Source: a virus (Duplodnaviria > Caudoviricetes). From it: a stretch of DNA of 64,000 nt. The notes beneath the pieces were generated by a model. It had not been told where the DNA came from, ran no database searches, and was given only the letters and a program-made list of their open reading frames with translations. Position numbers and translations under genes: made by a program. Where the stretch lies: the IMG/VR virus record IMGVR_UViG_3300033070_001154, positions 1-64,000 of that record; one strand, written 5' to 3'. Shown here piece after piece: positions 44,040 to 52,440 of the stretch (within the stretch, counting starts at the first letter, position 1; each line of letters starts with the position of its first letter).

Positions 44040-44373
44040 CTTCGGCTTCCTCCAGCCCGACCAGTTCGGAGAGGCTGATACGATCCTTCCTGTCCTCGAT
44101 GGGGTCGGCATCGGGCCTGTACCAGCCGAAGAACATCCAGGTGTGCTGGGAGATCTGCACCACCCCGCAGGGGCCCTCAGGGTTGGTGATCCGCTCGTCC
44201 TTGCTCTCCATGAGGTCTCCGGCATGGGCCGCCGGGTCGGTACCATCGGGCACCTCGATCCGGAGGAAGAGGGGCCGGCGATGGAGCTTGCCGACAAGCT
44301 GGGGAGCGTCCATGGCGGCCCAGGCGTCCTCCCCGACCGCCGTGACCCGGAACATCCTGGCCCGGGGCCTCAT
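43966..44373 (-). CDS. Hypothetical protein
   Basis: 135 aa, good GC3; the 3' end overlaps the next gene. Confidence 0.55.
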   Translation of the reverse strand: MRPRARMFRVTAVGEDAWAAMDAPQLVGKLHRRPLFLRIEVPDGTDPAAHAGDLMESKDERITNPEGPCGVVQISQHTWMFFGWYRPDADPIEDRKDRISLSELVGLEEAEDDEPVPGPEHRDCESEEEDPAGDP

Positions 44374-44400
44374 CCCGGGCGCTCCGCCTTCAGGTGCTTG

Positions 44401-44724
44401 TCATTCATCAGTCTCTCCAGGGCGAAGCGGTGCGTGAAGGTTGCAGCAGCCGGACATCGAGTAAGCAGGGCGCTTGCACATCTCCCGGATGCCCGCAGTC
44501 CTCGTTCTCGTGCGGCAGGTGTATGCCACGATCTGCGTGGCCTTCAGCCTGGCAGGGGTCGGGGCACCCTTGATCTTCCGGAGGTAGGGCACACGCATCT
44601 GCGCGTTGCGGTAGCCCCCGGCGTTGCAGATGGAGCACTTGAAGGTCCCGGATCCCAGGCCCGTCTGTGCTACCCACTCATGCGGACAGGTGGCCGTGTC
44701 GGGACGTTCTGACTTCTTGCTCAT
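44401..44724 (-). CDS. Cys-rich hypothetical (CPHEW...CSIC)
   Basis: ATGA-coupled start MSKKSE. Confidence 0.6.
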   Translation of the reverse strand: MSKKSERPDTATCPHEWVAQTGLGSGTFKCSICNAGGYRNAQMRVPYLRKIKGAPTPARLKATQIVAYTCRTRTRTAGIREMCKRPAYSMSGCCNLHAPLRPGETDE

Positions 44725-45125
44725 TGTCGCCTCGGGAGCTTGCCGTTGATGGCTTCGTCGAGCAGGTACAGGTACTTCCTTTCCACCCCGGCGATCTCGT
44801 TGTTCCTTGCTCGTTCCAGTTCCTTGAGCCGGGCAGCCAGTGCTGCCCCCTCCTCCGAAGTGCAAATGGCCGCAGCGGCGAAGGTGTACCCCCTACCGTA
44901 CTCGACGGTCTCCACGTTGCCGTACTGGTTGACCCTGGTGATGCGACCCCAGAGGTAGAAGGGGTAGTGGCTGTACCTCCAGAAGGCCATCTGTCCGACC
45001 CTCTGATCGCCTTTCCGGTAGATGGCGATGTCATTTTTCATCCCCACCCACTCGTAGCCCATCTCGACCAGGACCATCCTGGCCTGGTTGTCTGCGGACC
45101 AGACCTTCCGCTCTTCGTCGCTCAT
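44721..45125 (-). CDS. Hypothetical protein
   Basis: MSDEERKVW..., TGATG-coupled. Confidence 0.65.
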   Translation of the reverse strand: MSDEERKVWSADNQARMVLVEMGYEWVGMKNDIAIYRKGDQRVGQMAFWRYSHYPFYLWGRITRVNQYGNVETVEYGRGYTFAAAAICTSEEGAALAARLKELERARNNEIAGVERKYLYLLDEAINGKLPRRQ

Positions 45126-45364
45126 CAGACTCCCCTCTCTGCCATGATGAAGCTGATGGTCATCCCCAGCCCCTTCGTGTCGCTCATGCCCTCCAGTTGC
45201 CGGCCCAGTCGGATCAGGCATTCCGTGATGGACGGGGCTTCATCCGCGATCTGCGTCATACCGACCGTGTACTGGATCCGGTAGTTGCCATCCGAGGTGC
45301 TCCTGAACCTCAGGAAGTGGACATCCCGGAGCAGGATCGCCATCGCCCTCTCAACCTTGCTCAT
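45125..45364 (-). CDS. Hypothetical protein
   Basis: MSKVERAMA..., ATGA-coupled. Confidence 0.6.
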   Translation of the reverse strand: MSKVERAMAILLRDVHFLRFRSTSDGNYRIQYTVGMTQIADEAPSITECLIRLGRQLEGMSDTKGLGMTISFIMAERGV

Positions 45365-45516
45365 GACAGGAGCAGCCTGATCGCCAGCTCGTGCTGCTCG
45401 ATCTCGCGGATGTGCCTGGCCACCCTGTTGCGCCAGCCCCAGACCTTGAGGTCCCATCGGACCTTGTCGGCCAGTCGCTCCACCTCTCGCTCCCGATCTC
45501 TCAGCTCAGGATTCAT
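45361..45516 (-). CDS. 51-aa hypothetical (below the track cut-off)
   Basis: MNPELRDREREVERLADKVRWDLKVWGWRNRVARHIREIEQHELAIRLLLS; AAGGAG RBS; ATGA coupling. Confidence 0.55.
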   Translation of the reverse strand: MNPELRDREREVERLADKVRWDLKVWGWRNRVARHIREIEQHELAIRLLLS

Positions 45517-45519
45517 CGT

Positions 45520-45651
45520 TCACTCCTTGTCGTGCAGGTAGATCCAGAGGCAGATGCCCAGGATGAAGGAGGCCAGCCAGAACACTTCGACGGGCGCGCG
45601 GTGTACCATCGTCTCCTTGACCTGGGGGTTGTCCGTGAAGGGCGTGGTCAT
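45520..45651 (-). CDS. 43-aa membrane microprotein
   Basis: MTTPFTDNPQVKETMVHRAPVEVFWLASFILGICLWIYLHDKE; ATGA-coupled; GAGGA RBS. Confidence 0.55.
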   Translation of the reverse strand: MTTPFTDNPQVKETMVHRAPVEVFWLASFILGICLWIYLHDKE

Positions 45652-46028
45652 TCCTCATCCTCCTCTTTGGCGCGGCCCTCTGCGTTGCGAAGGAGCTCCT
45701 TCTGCTTGCACAGTAGCTCGCCGTAGGCCTCGACCAGTCCAGGGATGTTGGACATCCGGCAGATGCTCTGCCCGCGGACGGTGTAGTCGATCTGTAGCCG
45801 CAGGCCCTGGATGTAGATGTCCCGGCTCGCCCGGTACACAGTACGCTCAAGGGCAGCGCGGGATGCCATGCTCCAGAGCATCACGCCCCCGGCGATCATG
45901 AAGCCCATGATCAGGGCAACCCAGCCGTGGCCGATGGCACGGTGGTACTTCTCGGGGAGGGTCCAGATCACCGTGGACATGAGGGCCAGGGGCCAGAACT
46001 GGAAGGCAAAACGCTTCAGGAAGTTCAT
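45648..46028 (-). CDS. Two-TM membrane protein
   Basis: MNFLKRFAFQFWPLALMSTVIWTL and GWVALIMGFMIAGGVMLWSM. Confidence 0.6.
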   Translation of the reverse strand: MNFLKRFAFQFWPLALMSTVIWTLPEKYHRAIGHGWVALIMGFMIAGGVMLWSMASRAALERTVYRASRDIYIQGLRLQIDYTVRGQSICRMSNIPGLVEAYGELLCKQKELLRNAEGRAKEEDEE

Positions 46029-46984
46029 CGAGAACCCTTTGTGCCCTGTTTCGTGGGGTCCGGGATCACCAGCGCATCCAGCTGGGCCAGACGCGGGTGC
46101 TCCACTCTTGGCTCGCCCTTCATCCGGACGGTGAGCCAAATAGCGCTGCTGCTGAAGTACAGCGGCTCGGAGACGAAGCTTGAGGATCCCGTCTTCGACT
46201 GCTGGATGCTCCTGAGCCTCCTCTGGCACTCCAATTCCACCAGGATCAGAGTGAACTTCCTGATCGTGTCCAGCGGGTCGACCAACTCCGCCTTTCGGAG
46301 AGGTCCCTCGATGGGGCGCTTCTCGGGCAGATGGAGACGACGGACGTAGATTCCATCCAGGTCCTGTGGAAGCCAGAGCCTCCCACTGATCGTCTCCCTG
46401 GTCAGCGCCCTAGAGCCACTGGTGTGTCTGTACTGGTCCAGCTCCACCACCCCGGCGTAGACCAGCTCGCTCCCGTCCTCGATCTTGTAGACGTGTCCCG
46501 GGAGCAGGTCCTTGCTCGGGATGCGAGATGCGGTCCTCCTCTCATCCTCTCTCATCCCAACCTGGTGGTAGTGGGAGCCGACCCGGACCAGATCCAGGCC
46601 CTGGTTGATCCGGCACCAGACGAAGGGGCCGATGATCCTGCCGTTCTCCACCCGCCCGTTGTTGAGCAGCTCCAGCACGACACGGTTGTCCATGTCCACG
46701 GAGATGTGGTCGTGGATCAGGGCGTTGAAGGAGTTGCCCGAGGTGCGCCAGCAGAGATCGTTGGACCGGATGAAGGGGATGGGGTCGTTGGGCAGCCCCA
46801 CCTCGATCCCGGAGAAGCCCTTGCGACAGTTCGCCACGGTGGAAGCGTTCTTGGGGTCCGCCACCATCCCGCTACGTACCTTGAAGTGCTGTGTACCGGG
46901 GCCGCCGATGTGGCTGTTTAGACCCGCGGAGGAGGGCCTTCCGAGGAAGTAGATCACCCTCTCGGGGATATACGGGGTTCCCAT
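46025..46984 (-). CDS. Conserved phage hypothetical protein
   Basis: 319 aa with G.I.GPFVWCR...LVRVGS.Y...KDL.PG.VY pattern. Confidence 0.7.
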   Translation of the reverse strand: MGTPYIPERVIYFLGRPSSAGLNSHIGGPGTQHFKVRSGMVADPKNASTVANCRKGFSGIEVGLPNDPIPFIRSNDLCWRTSGNSFNALIHDHISVDMDNRVVLELLNNGRVENGRIIGPFVWCRINQGLDLVRVGSHYHQVGMREDERRTASRIPSKDLLPGHVYKIEDGSELVYAGVVELDQYRHTSGSRALTRETISGRLWLPQDLDGIYVRRLHLPEKRPIEGPLRKAELVDPLDTIRKFTLILVELECQRRLRSIQQSKTGSSSFVSEPLYFSSSAIWLTVRMKGEPRVEHPRLAQLDALVIPDPTKQGTKGSR

Positions 46985-46993
46985 TGCAGACTC

Positions 46994-47455
46994 CTACCGC
47001 CTCAATGCCGCCTGGATGTTGGCGATGGTCTGGCCACGGGCCTCCAGCTCCAGCAGCAGGCCCTCGATGCGCTTGTTGGCCTTGTCGAGCTCCTCCTTCA
47101 GCTTCCTGTCCTCGACGGACTTGCGACCTTCGAGCTCCAGCTTCATCCGACTCCACTCCTCCCGGAGCCTGGCGATGTCACCCGGAGGCTCGGGAGCTAC
47201 GTCCTCCGGGACGTGGTGGAAGGTGTAGTCGTCCCCGCCATCGTGTCCGGTGTAGACCTTGACCATCACCCGGGAGCCGACCCAGCTCCTGGATTCGTCC
47301 CGATCCCCGATGAGGAACATCGCCCTGTCCCGGCTCACCCGGTAGCTGAGGTGGTAGCTCGGGGTCTCCCCATCGGGATGGAAGAGCACCGAGGCGCCCT
47401 TCTTCTCGAAGCGTACATCTACGATCCGGCCCGTACCGATTTCCTTGAACGCCAT
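46994..47455 (-). CDS. Hypothetical with C-terminal coiled coil
   Basis: MAFKEIGTGR...; C-terminal part of track ORF 46994..47668. Confidence 0.65.
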   Translation of the reverse strand: MAFKEIGTGRIVDVRFEKKGASVLFHPDGETPSYHLSYRVSRDRAMFLIGDRDESRSWVGSRVMVKVYTGHDGGDDYTFHHVPEDVAPEPPGDIARLREEWSRMKLELEGRKSVEDRKLKEELDKANKRIEGLLLELEARGQTIANIQAALRR

Positions 47456-47460
47456 GACCC

Positions 47461-47937
47461 TCACCCCTTCTGTAGAACTTCCAGAGCGTCTTCCAGCTCT
47501 GCCTTGCGATCCAGCAGGCTGTCGATCAGCAGCCTCTTCAGCTCCAGCAACATCTCGTACTTGCGGGCACCCTTCACGGTCTGCTTGATGTAGCCACCTG
47601 CCCCGAAGTCCAGGACGAGCTTCTGGCCCTTGCCAGACCAGTCGAAGGTACAGTCCTCCGGTTCGCACTCGTAGAGGATGCCGCCCGAGTAGCGGATATC
47701 CCCGACCAGGTCCTCGATGCTCTGCTCCTTGGGGGCTTCCTGTGCCGGCTCAGGGTCGGGCTGCTTCTGAGCCTGGACCGTCATGACGACCTCCGGGCTC
47801 TTGGGAGTCAGCAGCCCGATCAGCTGCCGGAGCAGGGCTTCGGGAGGATCGACCCTCCCTGTCCCGTCGCACCGAATGCACTTGAGCGACCCGCCATTGC
47901 ACTCTGGGCAGGTCATCTTGGGGATGAAGTTGCTCAC
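47461..47937 (-). CDS. Protein with DnaJ-type CxxCxGxG zinc finger
   Basis: CPECNGGSLKCIRCDGTGRV; GTGA-coupled to the helicase. Confidence 0.7.
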   Translation of the reverse strand: MSNFIPKMTCPECNGGSLKCIRCDGTGRVDPPEALLRQLIGLLTPKSPEVVMTVQAQKQPDPEPAQEAPKEQSIEDLVGDIRYSGGILYECEPEDCTFDWSGKGQKLVLDFGAGGYIKQTVKGARKYEMLLELKRLLIDSLLDRKAELEDALEVLQKG

Positions 47938-50321
47938 TTGCCCCTCCGATTGAGGATGTGTCCCATGTCCCCCATGCGGGCCATGTTCATGAAGTGGGGC
48001 ACGGTGCCAGCAGGGGTGCCGGTCGTGCCCATGAAGCGGTCTGCATCGACGTAGATCAGGTAGCCCGCCGTGGCCTTGATGTCGGGCTGTGGCGTAGCGC
48101 TCACCAGGAAGTCGGTGATGCGGACCTTGTGGATGGAGTCAGCCAGGCCCGAGCGGTTGAGCATCGGGATGGGCTGTCCGGGCTTCCAGTCGGGTCGCTT
48201 GGACTGCGTGGGGCTCAGGACCCAGTTGGGGTTGTCCACGTCCTGGGCCATGTTGGCCATGGCCTGCCAGACGGTCTGGCCTCGGGTATAGGCGTTGTCC
48301 GTGTCACCGCGCTTGGGGGAGATGACCAGGTCCCCGTAGTCCACGACCCGGAAGCGGATCCGAACGTCGTGGACCTTCTCCTGGTGCCTGAACCAGGTCG
48401 CCATGGCCACGGTGTCCACGGTCCCGGCCTCCAGCTTCTCGATGAAGAGCCGGCCCACCTTGCCGTGCTTCTTGAGCTCCCTCCAGATCTTGAGGGCGTC
48501 GGCCATGACCCTGGGGTCCTCCAGGTCGGAGATGGGCACCCCCACGATCGCGGCCAGCACACGCTTGTGGATCTCAGCCCTGGGGAGTTCCAGGGAGAGG
48601 TAGCCGCAGTTCTCCCCCTGGAGGAGGGCGCAGGCGGTGAGGTAGCAGGAGAACATGCTGTTGTGGGTGACGGTGAAGTCCCCCAGCAGGTACCGTCCGT
48701 CCCCGTCCAGGGTGAAGCCATAGTAGGTCTCCTCAGTCCCGGTTGGAACGACCTTGAACTTGGGCCGCATGGAAGCCCACTGCCCCCTGGAAGCCTTGAT
48801 GGCTCGCTTCCTCGGGAGGCGCGTCGGGATGCGCCACGTCTCCCCGGTGATGGCCACGCGGTAGTAGGTGCCCACCGCCCCCGTCTGGCAGCCCTTCCGA
48901 CACTCCTTGACCTCAGCGTAGAGGCCGCACGACCGTGCGATGAACACCACGTCGTCCGCGAGTTGCTTGGACTTGGAGATGTAGTCGAACGCTACCTGAT
49001 AGCGCTTGCTGAGATGCCCGTCCGTGTCGAGAAGACCAGCGAGCATCTGGAGCCTGTCCTCCAGGGAGGCTGTCTTGTACGTATCCGGGATGGACTTGTG
49101 CTCCGCACGCTGCCCCATTACCCCGAGACTGCGGAGTGTGTTGGTCAGCACGGTGGTCCCACGACCGCCCTGCCCACTGAAGCGCCAGGTGCTGGCCTTG
49201 CCAGCGTCCACCGCGAGTACGAGCCGAAGCCCGAGCTTCGTCGCCTGGGCTTCGAGCTCCGCCTTGATCTCCTCGTCGGCGGTCGTGACCGAGCAGTTCC
49301 CACGAGTTGCACCGTCTCCGAGGATCACCCCCAGGAAGTACGGGTCCAAGGGCAGCTTCGCACCGGGCGGGAAGTGGACGGCCGGGGACTTGATCAAACG
49401 GTAGTGTGCCTGCTTGGTCCGCGGCCAGGAAAGCCACTCCTTGACCGAAACGTCCACCCATTCGGTCTCACGTCGTACCCCATGATTGGGGCTGCCCATG
49501 TTCGCCAGGGTCAGAATGTGGTCGTAGTTCACGACCCACGGGGCACCCTTCTCAGGGCGCACTTCGTACATGTCACCAGTCCCGGTCCCGGTGCGAAGCA
49601 CCTGCCTGGGCTGGCTCGACGGCCCCATCAGAAGGTCCCCAGGTGCGATGTCCTGTACCTTCTTGATGCCCCCATCGTACATCAGGATGGGCGTATCGAG
49701 CCGGTGACACTTGCCGGCCTTGCTGTCCATGAGCCAGGTCAGGAGCGTTCCGAGGGGCCAGCCGCCCTTCCAGAGCGTGTCCAGCTCGTAGAGTCCGGTC
49801 AGCAGCTTCCGACCCGTGGGAGCCTCCCGGACGATCTCTTCGGTATCCTCCCCGAACTCAGAGGATGCCAGCTCCACCTCGGCCACTGGCGCCCCGAGGG
49901 CGTCGCAGGCAGCCATCTCGTCCAGCAGGGTGTTGCCGAAGAGGCCGTCGTTCTTGTAGCGGTCGACCACCTTGCGGGCCAGCTTGGCCGACCAGTCCTT
50001 TCGGACCGGGGAGATGAGCTCGTTGATCACTTTCTCGGGCTCGACATCCAGACGCTCCCCGAGGGCCTCCGCCAGCATCCCGAGCTCGTCATCCGTGACG
50101 GAGCCCTCGTTCATCAGGTGCGCCGCCCTCTGCACCACCAGACCCTCGTCCGGCCAACCGTGGTCGGCGGCAACAGCTCGGCAGAGCTTGAGGATCAGCT
50201 TGTTGACGGGATCTACCAGCTCCTCCACGTCCAGTCGGCTCCCGATGCGGAGCCAGAAGTTCTTGTTCCTCACGCAGAGCAGGCTGGTAACCCGCTCGAA
50301 GTCCTTGGATACGCCGTACAT
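47934..50321 (-). CDS. Replicative DnaB-like helicase interrupted by an intein
   Basis: TGLYELD..GG...G; Walker A MDSKAGK/S split by the intein; Walker B VVDYGDLV; SPTQ motif. Confidence 0.88.
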   Translation of the reverse strand: MYGVSKDFERVTSLLCVRNKNFWLRIGSRLDVEELVDPVNKLILKLCRAVAADHGWPDEGLVVQRAAHLMNEGSVTDDELGMLAEALGERLDVEPEKVINELISPVRKDWSAKLARKVVDRYKNDGLFGNTLLDEMAACDALGAPVAEVELASSEFGEDTEEIVREAPTGRKLLTGLYELDTLWKGGWPLGTLLTWLMDSKAGKCHRLDTPILMYDGGIKKVQDIAPGDLLMGPSSQPRQVLRTGTGTGDMYEVRPEKGAPWVVNYDHILTLANMGSPNHGVRRETEWVDVSVKEWLSWPRTKQAHYRLIKSPAVHFPPGAKLPLDPYFLGVILGDGATRGNCSVTTADEEIKAELEAQATKLGLRLVLAVDAGKASTWRFSGQGGRGTTVLTNTLRSLGVMGQRAEHKSIPDTYKTASLEDRLQMLAGLLDTDGHLSKRYQVAFDYISKSKQLADDVVFIARSCGLYAEVKECRKGCQTGAVGTYYRVAITGETWRIPTRLPRKRAIKASRGQWASMRPKFKVVPTGTEETYYGFTLDGDGRYLLGDFTVTHNSMFSCYLTACALLQGENCGYLSLELPRAEIHKRVLAAIVGVPISDLEDPRVMADALKIWRELKKHGKVGRLFIEKLEAGTVDTVAMATWFRHQEKVHDVRIRFRVVDYGDLVISPKRGDTDNAYTRGQTVWQAMANMAQDVDNPNWVLSPTQSKRPDWKPGQPIPMLNRSGLADSIHKVRITDFLVSATPQPDIKATAGYLIYVDADRFMGTTGTPAGTVPHFMNMARMGDMGHILNRRGK
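48660..49709 (-). mobile_element. 350-aa intein with LAGLIDADG homing endonuclease in the helicase P-loop
   Basis: Begins CHRLDTPILMYDG, block B VNYDH, LGVILGDG and LAGLLDTDG, ends YGFTLD...DFTVTHN, +1 residue Ser. Confidence 0.92.
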
Positions 50322-50513
50322 CTATCCAAACCTCCCGATCAGCCCTGAACACGACCACACCAGGGTCAACAGGGCCCACATGCCCAGCAGCCCCATCTTC
50401 TGCGGCGAATACCCGGAGAGGGGATCCATAGAGATGATCAGTACGAGGGAGCCGGCAGATGCCAGCGCCTCCGTCCAGAAGACGAATCCTGAGCTCAGAT
50501 TGTCTTCCGCCAT
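50322..50513 (-). CDS. Small two-TM membrane protein
   Basis: 63 aa with two hydrophobic segments. Confidence 0.5.
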   Translation of the reverse strand: MAEDNLSSGFVFWTEALASAGSLVLIISMDPLSGYSPQKMGLLGMWALLTLVWSCSGLIGRFG

Positions 50514-50713
50514 GCACCCTCTCGATACGCCAGACCCAGGCCTGGATCGCGACGCTCCCTGGTGACGATGTCGCTGTACTCGCCCTCCGCGAAGGTGTGG
50601 ATCGCGCCCATCTCGGAGGTCATGACAAAGCTCGTCCTGAGACCCTGTACCCTGAGCTGGTAGGCCGAGACCTTCACCCCGGCACCGTCATACTCCGCCA
50701 GCTTTTCTGCCAC
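50495..50713 (-). CDS. Hypothetical protein
   Basis: 72-aa GTG-start ORF, high GC3. Confidence 0.5.
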   Translation of the reverse strand: MAEKLAEYDGAGVKVSAYQLRVQGLRTSFVMTSEMGAIHTFAEGEYSDIVTRERRDPGLGLAYREGAWRKTI

Positions 50714-51185
50714 GGTCCGACTCTCCCAGCAGCAATGCTCCGCCCCAGAGGAACTCCCCTGAAGCCGCTCTGTCCTTCCAGGCCTGCTCCAGCTTCAGCA
50801 CGTCCTCGTGGGACATGCCCCTGATCGGCATGGTGATCGGCAGGGACAGCTCCCCGACGAATCCCATGCCCCTGTCCATCTGATCCATCAGGGCCTTCTC
50901 CGACCACACGAAGCGGAAGGGTGGCCTGTCCAGCCCGATCTTCTCCCTGATCGTCCCGAACACCGTCAGCCGATGTACCACCCACTCCGCAGGCCTCACC
51001 TCTAGACCGTGCAACAGCCCCATCATGGAAAGAAGGGGTGTGCGCTCGTCGGGATGGATGGGACGAAGGGGCGACTTGAAGTAGAGCGCGAGCGCCCCCC
51101 GCCACGTCCTCCATCCGATCTCCAGCCACCTGGATGAATCGGACGGGAGCAACGGGGCGGGGGGCAACAGGGGCTGTCGGCTCAC
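50688..51185 (-). CDS. Hypothetical protein
   Basis: 165 aa; GTGA-coupled start. Confidence 0.6.
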   Translation of the reverse strand: MSRQPLLPPAPLLPSDSSRWLEIGWRTWRGALALYFKSPLRPIHPDERTPLLSMMGLLHGLEVRPAEWVVHRLTVFGTIREKIGLDRPPFRFVWSEKALMDQMDRGMGFVGELSLPITMPIRGMSHEDVLKLEQAWKDRAASGEFLWGGALLLGESDRGRKAGGV

Positions 51186-51403
51186 TCCGAACCCGGACGC
51201 TCCTCGACCCCCGCCTTCACGGTGAAGGCCTCGGGGCAGATGGACGGGTCGTACACCCGGTCACCCGCCTTGCGCTCGTAGGTACCCGTACCGGCCCTGT
51301 GAGCCTCCTGCTTGTCCCGCGCCGTCTGCTGGCGCTTCTTGCCGTAGCCGATCTTGCGAACGTCCAGGCACGCGTCCCCGTTGTATCCATTCCACGTCGG
51401 CAT
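51182..51403 (-). CDS. Small basic hypothetical
   Basis: 73 aa with GAGAGG RBS. Confidence 0.6.
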   Translation of the reverse strand: MPTWNGYNGDACLDVRKIGYGKKRQQTARDKQEAHRAGTGTYERKAGDRVYDPSICPEAFTVKAGVEERPGSE

Positions 51404-51416
51404 CGTCTTGTTCCTC

Positions 51417-51647
51417 TCAGCTTTGCTTTCCCCGTTCGATGAACGCCACGGGGATGTTCTTCTGCCACGCCAGCCAGGCCACTACAGCCCTGTTGCAGGT
51501 CCCGATGTGGAACCTGTCCATCTTCCCCCGGCTGCCCAACACCTTCGCCAGCTTCTGACGGTCCCCGTACGCTTCCTCAGTCTCGATCCTGACGAAGTGC
51601 CTGCGACCGTCGGTAGCGACGATGGTGTAGTAGCTCGCCCGGGTCAC
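51417..51647 (-). CDS. Hypothetical protein
   Basis: (M)TRASYYTIVATDG...; GTGA-coupled. Confidence 0.55.
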   Translation of the reverse strand: MTRASYYTIVATDGRRHFVRIETEEAYGDRQKLAKVLGSRGKMDRFHIGTCNRAVVAWLAWQKNIPVAFIERGKQS

Positions 51648-51832
51648 GCCGCCTTCTTGGCCGGGGCCATCGGAGCCCCGCCCTTCTTCTCGACGCGGGT
51701 CTGCTCCGAGCAGATCGTGCAGCGGAACATCTCCGGGTCCTTGGTCGGGTTCATCACCCGCTTGCCAGCCCCGTGGAGCTTGTCCTGCTGGTGACCAGCC
51801 ATGCACTTCGCACTGTTGCACTTGAGAATCAT
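51644..51832 (-). CDS. Small Zn-binding phage protein (C..C..HQQD.LHG...CxxC)
   Basis: 62 aa with GGGAGAG RBS. Confidence 0.6.
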   Translation of the reverse strand: MILKCNSAKCMAGHQQDKLHGAGKRVMNPTKDPEMFRCTICSEQTRVEKKGGAPMAPAKKAA

Positions 51833-52008
51833 GATCGTCTCTCCCTGTCTCTGTCTGTGTAGCTCTTCTGCCCATTCCTACACGGGTTGGCAGAAGTTTC
51901 TTGCGCTTACCTGGATGGCAAGGCAGGAGATGGGTTGTGGGTGTGTCCACGGTGATCGGGGCGGGGGCATGTTGCTTCCCGCCTCGTCAACTATCTGGGT
52001 GTTGCGGA

Positions 52009-52416
52009 TCAGGTGCCCAGGGCGGCGATCTTGTCCTGAATCTCCTTCTCGGTGAGCGCGGAGAGGGCGCCGGCCTGCTTCTCCGCGAGGATCTCCAGAA
52101 GGCGCTCCTTCTCGGCCTTGTTGGTGGCGCGCTTCTTCGCCGCCGTCTCCTCGGCCAGCTTCACCGCGATGACGCGCTTGACGAGCTCCAGGGCGATCTC
52201 CGCCCTGTCGTGGGCCGGGGTCCTCTCCGTCGCGACGAAGCTCTCCTCCGTGAGGGCCCTCAAGGCCCTGTTGGCCTCCTTGGCGATGCTGTCGAGGTCG
52301 AAGCCGTCCCGGGAGCGGAGCGGTACGTCCCAGAGCTGCTCCAGGGAGAGCGTCCCCCTCGTGGAGTTGAAGCGGAGCTTGTTGCGCGTGGCGAACTCGA
52401 AGATGTCGTTGATCAT
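52009..52416 (-). CDS. Conserved phage coiled-coil protein, partner of the upstream 684-aa gene
   Basis: IFEFATRNKLRF.STRG.LS.EQLWDVPL pattern; very high GC3. Confidence 0.75.
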   Translation of the reverse strand: MINDIFEFATRNKLRFNSTRGTLSLEQLWDVPLRSRDGFDLDSIAKEANRALRALTEESFVATERTPAHDRAEIALELVKRVIAVKLAEETAAKKRATNKAEKERLLEILAEKQAGALSALTEKEIQDKIAALGT

Positions 52417-52440
52417 GACCTTGTTCCTCTCTCTGTCTTC

